A model generated the notes under the pieces. That model was not told the origin of the DNA and searched no databases. It worked only from the letters and a program-made list of their open reading frames with translations. This document shows positions 1 through 12,300 of a stretch of 64,000 bases of DNA, in pieces. The DNA lies in the NCBI GenBank assembly GCA_012295275.1, contig CM022671.1, positions 15,128,001 through 15,192,000 on the forward strand. Reading direction: 5' to 3'. Position numbers and translations under genes: made by a program. This stretch comes from Chrysomallon squamiferum. Taxonomy: Eukaryota; Animalia; Mollusca. Positions within the stretch are counted from its first letter, which is position 1; the number at the start of each line of letters is the position of its first letter.

Positions 1-399
1 CGGGAAATTGAAAATTAAAAAAAAAAAAGAAACCACCATACTTCGTGTCCTTGCTGATTTTCTTATAAATTCATAATGAATATCTGTAAATTCTGATAAC
101 CGTTAGAGTCGAGTTTTGTTTTTTGTGAGTTACATAACATTCACAATGAATTAGAATATACTAATTATACTGTGCAAAATTAACGAAATTATAAAATAAA
201 ATAAAAATTCTGAGAATATAAATTTGTTACTCCTTTTCGGGGTACGACAACAATCCGAGTTTTATAATACTTCTTACCAGGAAGATTAACGTTGAGCAGA
301 AATAGATTTAAAAAATAATATATATATATATATATAACTTTATAAGAAATGTTGGTAACAAATGGAAACGATAATCGATCGATAAAACTCTTTCCTGAC

Positions 400-509
400 A
401 ACCTATACGTCACAATATTGACCGCAAAAATCTTGTCACCAAAGAGACTATAAATAATATAGGGTATCTATCGTCTGTCAGTCGGCAAAACGAATTCGAG
501 GAAATTTAG
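400..509 (+). promoter_or_regulatory. Probable promoter / non-coding first exon of the kinesin gene
   Basis: CpG-retaining stretch ending in a good donor (TTAG|GTATGT, GT at 510). The ATG exon is preceded by an acceptor (TTTTTCTTGTTCAAG| ending 1575), so an upstream exon is expected. The start coordinate is approximate. Confidence 0.5.
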
Positions 510-1036
510 GTATGTTTTTGTGGTGATTATTTCTTTCTTTTTCTGTTACGCTTTATTATAATTACAATCTTCGAGTAGGGTGTATGTGTGTGTGAAACTT
601 AAAATTAAAAATTAGGTTAGATATTAAAGTTAACCTTAAAAATTAGGTGCCAAATTTCAGACAGGTTGTAGTTCAGGGCTCATTCGATCATATTGTTGCC
701 TGTTTGCCAGTATTTAGTCTTTAAAATTTTGTAATGAACCTTTATAAATAATTATAAGCAGCAATTGCCTTTCGACCTGAGCAGGATAAAGCTAATTTAT
801 TAAGGCAGTAATAAGTTATTTCTTTTATCTTCGAATCATAAAATAATACAAAAAAAACTCTAACCACTCTGAAGAATAATAGTTCATATACTGATTTTGA
901 TGTCACCTATAAATCTATATATCTATATAGTCAAAACAGAATAATGTTTAAACAAAACAAGTTATTTCTTATTTATAAAATGAAAACTTTCATTATGATA
1001 TTTTAGGATCTAAATCAGCAGTTAAACACTAAAGAA

Positions 1037-1038
<2 letters not shown>

Positions 1039-1072
<34 letters not shown>
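1039..1072. repeat. (GT)n microsatellite
   Basis: Perfect GT run read directly. Confidence 0.95.
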
Positions 1073-1075
<3 letters not shown>

Positions 1076-1579
1076 ACAGTAACAAGTAATTTATAAGAGT
1101 TAAAATATTTCTTCTTAAAAATATAGAAATTTATATTCATCCATATCACTTTTTTTTTTTATAGTGCTTACAGGATATATATTTATGTATGTATGCATGT
1201 ATGTCAATTTTAATTATATAAACAGGTTCAGATTTTAAAACACTTTTCTTTTGATGAAAGAAAGCTTTATATTTTTAGTTTAATTAAAAATTCTGAAAAG
1301 ACCAAAGACAGTTGTTTTAGCATTATTCAATGATTACCTCTTTAAAACGTTTTGGTAAGTTTTCTTCAGTATATTTACTAATTTCAGTATATTTCAGTAT
1401 ATTTACTAGTTGTTTGATAAAACATTTTTTTATTTAGTTAATACAAAAACATTGGTTCTATTTTCTTTCACTGACTGATTCATTCATTCATTTTATCTTA
1501 CTTCTTATTTAGTTATTGATTGATTGATTGATTTATATTGGGTTATGTGTAATAAATATTTTTTTCTTGTTCAAGAATT

Positions 1580-4565
1580 ATGGGAAGTGGTGCTTCAACA
1601 GCTTCTGATGATGGGAACTCTGGTCAGACTGCTGCAGCTTCATCCAGATCAGGAACAGAAGGAAATAAAAACTTCAAGGAAATTCAATTGAAGCCGGCAA
1701 ACGATCATTCAACACAAAGTTTTCAGAATAAAAGTCCATCCAAAAATCAACCAAAAGAAAAAAATAATTATGAGATAGCATCAAGTAGTGGAAATAAAAA
1801 TACAAATAAAACACAGACTGTAAATACTGCAAAGTCAAACCATGGACCTTCCAGTTCTGACCAACCGCTTCAGAGGTCTAATCAAGCAGTGAGCATTGTA
1901 AGTAAAAACATTTAACAATCAGAAATAATCAGTAAAATTATAATTTCAGAATATTTTATGTTGTCAATATGTTTTGATTTCAGTACTAAATATAATTATG
2001 ACAGTTTTATAATTTTCTTTTTACTTAGCATCTAGAATATTAAATTTATTTTTCTTTATTCTGAATTTATTTTCTTTTTTAAAAATACAAGTAATAAAAT
2101 ATATAGAACTGTATTTGATTATTTTTCTGTTTATTAATAAAGTTATAGCGAAACATTATTATTTTAATATTATTATTATTATTATTATTAATTATTCAGC
2201 TTATTGTAATTATTATCATGAAATAGATACTTGTGGCTTATTTTCATCCTGTGTTATTAAAATAAATTTCCCTTTTTCATTTTGCTTTGCTTAAGCACTG
2301 CTGCAGATTGTGTTCTTATTATTTTGACTGAAAAATGTAAAGGAGTATTGCAGTTATTCGTTATAAAAAATTTAAACAATTTAATTTTAAAGATACATTT
2401 TGGTTTTAATTTTTAAAGTTTTGATTGTTTAGATCAGTGTATTGGATTGTGGTTAGTATTTAAGATGATGTATAGACTACAAGCATAAAATATTATTATT
2501 ATTATTTTTTTTTTGGTTTTTGCTTTTTTCTGTTAATGCTGCATTTTCAGAATTTAAAAATACATTGTTTGCATCAACTCTCTTAAACTTATATTGTGAC
2601 TTTAAATAATATTGTAAATATTCTTCATAATTATGTTACTGTGTTATCGCCCAAGGTAATAAAATTTAGAGACCTTTTGGTAACATGAACGTAATTATTA
2701 AAACATTCTCTGTCTCACATATACACACATAAAACAATTTTGAAAATGGAACACCCGCAAAATCTGCAACATTTTCTTCTCTTGCAATAAAAACCTTTTC
2801 AGGACTAAGGTTCAATATGGTGTTAATATTGTACACATTTAAATTTGTTTTTGTTCTTTTATTTGTTTTCACAAAAAATATCCAAACTGCTTTTCAAATA
2901 TTTCCATTTATGTTAGATTTAGGTGGCAACCTTTGAAAATGTATTGCAGCTTAGGATGCTGATTTGGGGAGTTTTTAAATAGTAAGGAATTTACAGAATT
3001 AAAATCTGTCAGTATCAAACAAGAGAAGGATTCTTTCATATGCTGTACAGATGAAAAGAAGCTGAATAATAAATATTCTACTTGACCCTTTCACAGTATT
3101 ATACACCAGAATAAAAAAAAAAAAAAAGAAGATAATCAATAGCCTGAAAAACATGATCTGGAAGAAAAACAAAACACCTCAATACAAGAAATGGGAGACA
3201 ACTTTCCCAAATGGTTGTTGCTGAAAAGAACCAAACAATCATGTCTTTGTCCAATAATTGTACTTCAAGTGAAGGAAAAATATCTGCAGACACACCTTCA
3301 AAAAGTTTCTGAAATAATTGGTTATTTCTGGTAGGGTTTGTTCAGAAAAGCTTCAAACATCTATGCTTATAGAAAGAAATGCATTGACCTCTTCAAAGTC
3401 AGGACTCTCATTTCTTCCAGAATTTTTTCTTTTCTTATTTTGTTTTCTTTCTGCTTCTTACTTTTTGAGAAAAAATTTAAGTATGCACATATAAAAAACA
3501 TCATATACAGTATGTAATCTCATAGAGAAAAAAATATTTTTTCATCAAAGATATTTATTCTTTCTTGAATAGATGTTGAAATTACCATTTATTATTTAGA
3601 CAACCCAAACATAACAATGACTAGAATTGCTGAAATTACCATTTATTATTTAGACAAGCTAAAGCTGACAATGAATATTTCTCCAAAGTCAAGAAATATT
3701 TTGTTATTTCTAAAAGCCATAAAAGTTTGCCCCCAACAAAATTGGCTTATGTTTCAGAATTACACAAAATCCATAAATCTTTTTTTAATCTTCTTTTTTT
3801 TATCTTCTGTTGACATGCTATCAGAACACAAAAGAAATGTTATTGCCTCATAGCAACATGGCAAAAATATATTTATCTTTACAGATCAATTCGAACATGG
3901 TTACAGAAAACAATATGATTCCTTTCTCAGTTTCTCTGTTCAATTGTTGGTACTGTAATATTGACTGAGCAGGATAATGCATGTTCATACTGATTTACCG
4001 ATATTTCATCAATATTTAAAAATATGTATTCTTTGTTTTCAAAACAAATAAGGATTATTGAATTATTTCTAACTAAACCGGTTTTATCTTCTAAATCCAA
4101 CAACTCAGATAAGAATAATATCCTAACTATAAATACAGTCTCACTTAGTTTTTAAAACTTTAGAAAATAAACTTAAAAATAAAATAACAAAGTAAATAAC
4201 TTTTTCAATCATTTATAAATCATACTTGGTTAACAGATTTATTTTTGACAAACAGTGCAGAATATTTCTACGATATATTTCTATGTTTATGGTCACTTTA
4301 ATTTTATTACTTCTAAAGCTATTCCAATTTTTATTTTTACTACATTTTTAAGACAGTACAGGTATAATTTTGTACAGGTATAATTCAGTTTAAATAGTAA
4401 TGGAACAATGAGTCAGTAATAAATAGGATGCAGACAAATGAAAAACATGTAACAAATATGTATGTTTTGAATTTATATGCAGGCTTTGCTGATTACCATG
4501 TTTTCCTAGCATTGCTTTTATTTGTTGTCTTAAAGAAGTTTAGAAATTGGAACACCAACTGAAAG

Positions 4566-4596
<31 letters not shown>

Positions 4597-6317
4597 CATG
4601 AATCAAATGAATATTTGATTAACAATACTTCATGCCATTGTAATATCACCTGTCAGGTATTTCTTATATATATACATACTCTTTTATATCTAGTTGACAT
4701 ATGATATTTAAAGTTTTTCTGATTAAATGATAACTTATTTTTTTTAATTACTGAGGGCCATGTTCATATGAATTGAATTTTCTGTCTTGGTCTGATATTG
4801 ATTTGAATAAAATACAGTGATATATAATGCATTTTTCTGACACACAAGACCTAAATGACATCAGCAATCTACCATTATTCCATTGTAAAGTTTGTTTTCC
4901 TCATATCAAACAAAATTCTAAAATAAACTTCAGTCTTTACAAATTAACATTCAACTTTTCCAAATTAACAAAAATAAAATAATGTAATAGTTTTAGTAAC
5001 AGTTGTAATTGTTGTAACAGATATATGTTTTCAAACTAAGAGCTTGAAATTAGTTTTAATTATTGTATGTATGACATATTTATAGGATAAGTGGATGGGT
5101 ATTTATGGCATTTTTAAATAAAATTATATTATATTGTCCATATCTATATATACTAATACACAAACATGTGGTTATTGTTTTAAAATTTGTATAATTTTTG
5201 TATCATGTCATTGAAAGATGATTTGATCATTTCTTATTACAAATTAAATGTATGCTATTTCACATTCATATGTCATTATAATGGAGTCTTTTTTACATAT
5301 CTTTGTATAATCATTGTATAATTCAACACACTGTGTTTTTTGTTTGACAGTTTAAGGTTGTTATGACATTTCTTTATTACTTTTATTTTATTAACAGGAG
5401 GTTTGTATAGATTTTTTAATGTAAAATGTAGATGCTAAGGTTTGTTTCAGTGAAATAATTATCATACAGCTCTTCTTCATTGTGGAATTATTGATATGTG
5501 GAAATGCTGCTGTTGTCAAAGTAAGTGCAGTTTTAGTGGTTGCATTAATTATCAATTATTCTATTACAAGTACTAAATAATAAATGCCTTTGTTGTATAC
5601 ATCTTCCTCTTTTTTACGTTTCATTCTTTAAAGATAAAAACAGTTTTAAATAAAAAATAACTTACCAAGTCATTAAAAAAATCTTCAAAATAGTAATCAT
5701 AAATATATTATCTTAGCAAAGGTGTGACTGAGATGATAATCAATAGAAATGTTGTTTGTTAGTTGCCCATTGTGGTAATACAAGCAGGTAAAAAATCAAT
5801 ATCACATTCAGCTTCTTCTAGTAGTTAAAGATCTCTTTGGACATACCGATATAGTTTATTAATCTTTATATATATATATATATATTGCATTGTACTTCTG
5901 AGGAGATTATTTAAAATGTAGATCAATTATTAGTATAGGTACATATATTCAAAGAATGTCTACAATTTTACTTTTTTAAGTTAATATTCTTTATATTAAG
6001 ACAGTTACTGTGGGATAAAAATATAGCAGAATGTATGAAATGTTTAAGTAATATGTAGGAAAACAATAACAATAAAGATGTTATATTTATCGTTTTCAGT
6101 TCAGTTCAGTGATATCAATTTAAATGTGAAAATAATAAATAAATTATTCCAGGTTTCTAAAATGCAGATTAATATTAATAAAAAGAATAAATCAATTAAA
6201 ATAAAAAATAAATACTAACATAAAGTAAAATAAAAATAAATAAATACTTTTTTAAAACTAAATTTTTCTTTGAAAATTAAATGTTTTTAAGAGACACAAG
6301 ATTCAGGTTTGGAACCT

Positions 6318-6364
<47 letters not shown>

Positions 6365-9300
6365 TGGAAAAATAAAATTGTAATTATAAATGTCATATTT
6401 GGTATTTGTTGAGTGTAGTTATTATAAAATCAGAGTGACAGCAAGGCTGTGTTGCCTTTCATTTGACTGTTTCCAGATTGGTTGCCTGTTGCAATAAAAA
6501 TAAACTAGTGTTGCCTTTCATTCGACTGTTTCTTGATTGGTTACCTGTTGTAATAAAAACAGCCTTATAATAGAAACTGAGCTCTGGTCTTGAACTTCTT
6601 TGTAGCAAAAACATGTAGTTGCCACTGATTGAAGTTGTTTCTTGTTAAACATAAGGAAAAATAAACCTCAGTTTATGTTAGACAGTCCAGCATGTGTTTG
6701 ATCAAGACCATTTTAATTTTTATTTCTAGTGCTAATCCTAGAAATTATTTTCATTTTCTTCTGAATTTTATTTTTAAATGATAGTATCATTTGGCTAATG
6801 TTTATTTATTATTATTTTTTATTTACCTTGAAAACAAGGCACAAATATTACTCTAGATGTATTATACAGCTTTGAAACCATGTCCATATATTAAAAATAT
6901 GCTCTGAATTCAGGAATTTTATGAATTTATTAAATTTTAATAAATATAATATTTTATATAGAAAGATTTTTGAAACTACATCCACATATTAAAAATGAAC
7001 TCTGAATTCATAAAATTAATTACTTTAATAGATTTTAACAAATACAATAATTTATATAAGAAGATGTTTGTACATGTGTTAAACTCCAGGCAGTATATTT
7101 CTTCCTCTTTTACAATGCTCCTTAAAGGAAAAATGTTTAAAAGGTGAGTTTTATATTCTGTATACTGATTAGACAATGTTCTATTTAATGATGTTATTTC
7201 CACACTTTGCTCTACCAACAACCAGTTACATTTTATTAATTTATTTTGCTTAAAATTCTTATAGAACTTTCTTTTTAAATGTGCACATCTTTTATTTGAG
7301 ATTTTGTTTTCCTTAATATTTGTCTTTCTCTCCCTCTTCATTCTTCCATCCACCCTTCCATTCCTTCTTTCCATTTTTTTTTTGTTATTTACGTGAGTCT
7401 TCCTCCAATGCTTTGTGTCAACTTTTGATTTTTTCTTGAATATACTAACCAGTGTTAAGAAATAATGAAACAACAAGAAAGGTAGATTTCATTACCAACC
7501 TAGTATTTCCAGAAACAAAAACAAAAAATATATTTTCAAATTGTTTGATAAATTTATCTTCATGGAGACAGTAGAACCTGCATTTGATTATGAATGTCAC
7601 GGAAAGGCAAAATGATTATTTGTCAGGATGTTTTGTTTTTGTTGCTTTGTCTTTAGTCTGGGAAGAAATGCAGTATATTAAATGTTTGCCAAACAGCACT
7701 GTTACAGAAAAATAATAAAAAGTTTTTATACGTTTTGTTTCTCCAATATCTTGAGCAGCAAATAATTTAAGAAAACAGTGATATTAGTCATCACAATGCA
7801 GATTGAAAGCATTTATTTATTTTATTAGTGTTAAGAAAAAATATGCTCCTAAATTATCATTTAATAGTATACATGATCATATTTTGTCACTTGTTATTTT
7901 TTAAGTTTAAAATTATTTTGCCACCTCTTAATAACTAAAATCATGGATGAATAAATAATGTACAATTATCTTACATAACTAAATAAGTATTAATATATTA
8001 ATATTAAATAATAATATCTATATCATTTAAATTATTGATTTATTAATGTAATTAATTTTCAAATATTTGTTTCATTGATGTATACTTTTCTGTGAAATCA
8101 TTTCTTTATGTTTTGTTAAATATAAATTATAGTTATTTTTTCAAAAGAACCGAATTCTTTACCCATATTACGTAGGAAACTCTTCTGATCTTAGAGAGAG
8201 CTAAACATAGAAACTTGACAGATTAATGCTAAAGAGCAAGTCGTCAAAAACGTATTTCACTATTGATTGGTACTGATGCATCATTTTTTATAATAATGTG
8301 AAGCTTACAAAATGATGTTATGAACAGTTTTTGTTATATTCACAATAGCTGTTGCACCTTTTGTACTTACATGAAAAAAAATTCATCATCAAGCTAACAA
8401 ATTCTTACATAATAAAAGTGTGAAATTACAGAAGCTCAGTGCTGTGGTCCTGTAATGATCACAGTGTCTACATGTAAAATGGCAACTAGTGTACCTAGAA
8501 CTTAATTTATTTTTTCTTCTCCAGTTTTTGTTTAAATATGCAACAATGGTAAACTATATGTTTTGATCTGGGTTATTTTCATCAAGATCTTCAATAAGAT
8601 GAATAGTTATTTGGACTGATGGGCTGATTCTGTTACTCAGATTGATATTAAATTTTCTTTCTGTTCTTCATCAGTTGAAGTAACAGCTGAACATGCAGAC
8701 AATAAAATATTATGTCAAAGAGAAATTAGTAAATGTTAGATACTAACTTTTTTGAAGAATTTTGTTCAGTTAACATTAATCTATTTATATACTAAATATA
8801 AATACTGTAGGTGATGTCATAGGGACATTAGGCCACTGTTTTTCACTGCTATAAATTAATATGGCAATAATTTTTTCTTAAATGACCATCAAATATTGCA
8901 TATTGAATACTATTTTTTTCCAAAGAGTAATCAAAAAAAAATATATAGACTTATTGTTGCTTTTTAAAGAAGAACTGAAATGAAACAGATCTATGTCTTT
9001 ATTTTAATACTATTTTATTACTGATTGTGAAACATTAAAAGCACATTTTGTGTTTATGATTATTATGTATTACTAAAGAATAGCAGTATGAATACAGCTA
9101 GTTACTTCCATCCAGTCTTACTGTTGTTGTTTTTAAAAAAAATAACTGAAATCAAACAGATCCATTCATTTGTATCACTACTATTTCATAACTGATTATG
9201 AAACATTTATAAACATTTTATATTTATGTATTAATAAGGAAACTATTTTAGAATTATTCTTGTAGGAATTTGTTCGTTTAAAATGTCCCAAAAGAGTAGA

Positions 9301-12300
9301 ATTGTTACTACATACAGTTTTTTACCTTTTGTCAGACACACTGGTATTTTTAATCAGTAAACCACAATTTGTCATGGTAATATTGATTTGTTTTGTTATT
9401 GTGATCAGCTCAATGTATGATTTGACATGTACAGATATTTGGTATTGTTATATGTTAATCACTGTGCGTGACTTTCCACAGTTAATACTAGATCTGGCTT
9501 ATGACTGGATTGTGGAGCAGTTATTTTTTTTTCTTAAAGTAATATGTGTTTTGTAAAGAAAAACAATAATTAAATAAATGTTCACATTACCTCCTGAATA
9601 CTGAATGAAATACGGAGATAAACATTAATAATGTATTTAGCTCATATAAAAAAAAAATGGCTGAAACTTTTTGTTGTTGTTGTTGTTGTGTTTTTTGCAT
9701 AAATATACAATGTGGCTTAAAAATAGTAACAATTAGTTTGAATAGGTTAGTCAGTAAGCATCAACTCTCTTCTATAAATATGTACTAAGCTTAAAAATTA
9801 CAAAATTCCATGTTTGAAGATAAAAATAATAATTACCACCCCAGAAAAATAATCCATTTATAATAAACTGGGACAGCTGATTTTAAAATAGCTTTTATCA
9901 TAAAATATGTTACAGATATAAGGTCAAGAAAATGAATTTGTGAGGAACAGGATTTTAAGAAATATTATTTTATTTTTTTCAATTTATAAATATCATGTTT
10001 TTATTCAGAACAGATACATTTTCTATATAGCTTAATTATGGATGAACAAGAATCCTGAATACTGCCATAAAATGCTCCTCAGTCTTGGTTAGATATAATA
10101 ACAAAATAATTCAGCATAATTTCTGAAATGTTTGATGGTTCCTTATACTAGTGTTTTTTTTTTTTTTTTTATTAATCTTTTCCTTTTATTTTTTTTTTAT
10201 ATTTTATTTTATTTTTTGTATTTATATATATATATATATGTGCTTTGAGTATACTGAATATTTCCTTTGATTATTTCATTTTTACATTTACCTGGAATAT
10301 TCACAGTAGTAAATACTGATTTAAAAAAATAATAATAATATTCAATAAATGAAAAAAGAATTTGTAAAGATAATTTCATAACTGAGCTGAAATATTGTGA
10401 AAGTTGACACACTTTTTTAATGATAAACAGTAGTTTTCATGAACTTCAGATGAGAAAATAAAAAAAAACCTTAAAAAAATAGCTTCATCTTTCTAAAATA
10501 ATCTTTTCCACAGATTATTGGTTTATTTATTGTTATTGTTATTATTATTATTAATATTATTGATATTATTGTTGTTATTATTTAATATTTTATATTCTCA
10601 TTATATGTCTATTTTTTTTTTTATCATATAATGAACCAGAGTAAATCATTTTGTGTTTGTTGGACAAACTACATGAAATGGCAGTCTTATAATTATTCAT
10701 AACAGATATTAAAAACCTTTCCTTTTTTTTTTTTTTTATTTTATTTATGATAGTGTAACAACGTAGGTGTTGCAGTTATTCTAAAATAGGTACCATACTT
10801 AGGTTCACATGTTTTTCTATTCATTCCATTAATTAATTTTTTCTATGAATGTTACAAAAATGTTTTGTTCATCTTACTGAATCATGTAATCAATGTTTTT
10901 TTTTGTGTTTTATTTTTTTAATTTCAGGATAATGATGCAATTGTATTTGAAACATTTATACATGAAGGCTTTGGGAGAGAGTTTCAGTGTTTATATACCA
11001 ATGGTCAAAGGTTCTACCTTGATGACTGGAACTCCAAGGTTAAAACATATTCATAGCTGTTTCTACTGACAAAAGCTAAACAATACAAATATTTATAAAA
11101 TAAGAAATTAGATTTTAAAAAAAGATTTAAAAATTTAAATTTGTTCTTTTAAAAATTAATTAAATTTTTACAATTCATGTTGTAGTATATATGTTTTAAA
11201 AAACTTACACACTCTAAGAAGAGCAACACAGTTCTGTTAATGCTCATATTCTTTAAACAAAAACACTGCTTTAAATGTCTGTACACAACTGATAAAATGT
11301 TTCAAATAATTTAATATGTTGTTTTATAACAGTGATAATTACCTTAAATCAATTAAATAGTGATATAATATATCAAAAAATAAATATATTTTTGATAAAT
11401 TATATCAAAAAGTATATTCTTGATTTTACAGCAATGGCAACCATTTCCACATCCATGGTACAGTGAAGGTCATCTAGTATCTAATGAAATTCTAAAAGAT
11501 GTTCAGCCACAAGGACGTGTGGCTGAGGTTAAACATTCAATTTCATTTTTCTTTTCTTTTTTTCTTGAACCGATTTTGTCAAATTATTTTGTTATCATAA
11601 AGAAAAGGAAACTCCGCATTTTCCATTATCGCTTCATATTTGTTATAACAGCTTTGAAAAATATGTCAATATGTACTCATGTAAACTCTTCAAAGCTCAT
11701 ACTAACATATTTTCATATAAAACAGAGATTCTTTTGTAACTAAAAATGTCACAGAGGTATAACCTAGTTAACTTTTGCTTGCCACCTGGCCATGACTGGT
11801 CCTGATGATTAAGTTATATCTCATATTATCATTTTCAAACTAGATCACTGAGTTATTGCAGGCAATACATACTGTTTTTGTATTTGAAGCTTGCAAAGGT
11901 GTTCATATTTTATTGCAATATTGCAGGTTAAAGATATAAGAAGTAACAATGTAAAAATAAAAAAGACAAAAAAAAAAGGACCTAGAGGTCATTTACATCT
12001 TTACCTGGTTTTATTTTACTCTTTAATTACAGTCTTCTTTAACTGCAGTTTAATATCACCACAATCTACACAATTATTTTTCTTTTAATTTATACTTTCA
12101 GTAAATAAATTAGAAAAAAATGGTTAAATCTTATTACCTTTTTTTCATCAGTAAATATATGTTGGAAATTACATTTTATAATTAATGTTTAAATTGCATA
12201 TTCTGTTTTATATTACTTATGCTTTTGATGTTTTATCTAAAAATAATTAATTCAGTCTGAAATGTTGTTGTTTTTTTTATATATTTACATACTGTTTTTT

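Noticed and set aside
3095-3335. Purine-rich, exon-looking stretch in kinesin intron 1
   Set aside because: No clean in-frame acceptor/donor pair and no recognisable motif; interrupted by a poly-A run.
6976-7476. 166-aa minus-strand ORF
   Set aside because: Low-complexity Lys/Asn-rich translation of AT-rich intronic sequence, non-ATG start, no homology recognised.
10009-10090. Exon-like segment ([15 protein letters not shown]) in kinesin intron 1
   Set aside because: Stops occur in all frames from the nearby acceptors, and its donor is phase 1, incompatible with the phase-0 exon at 10928.
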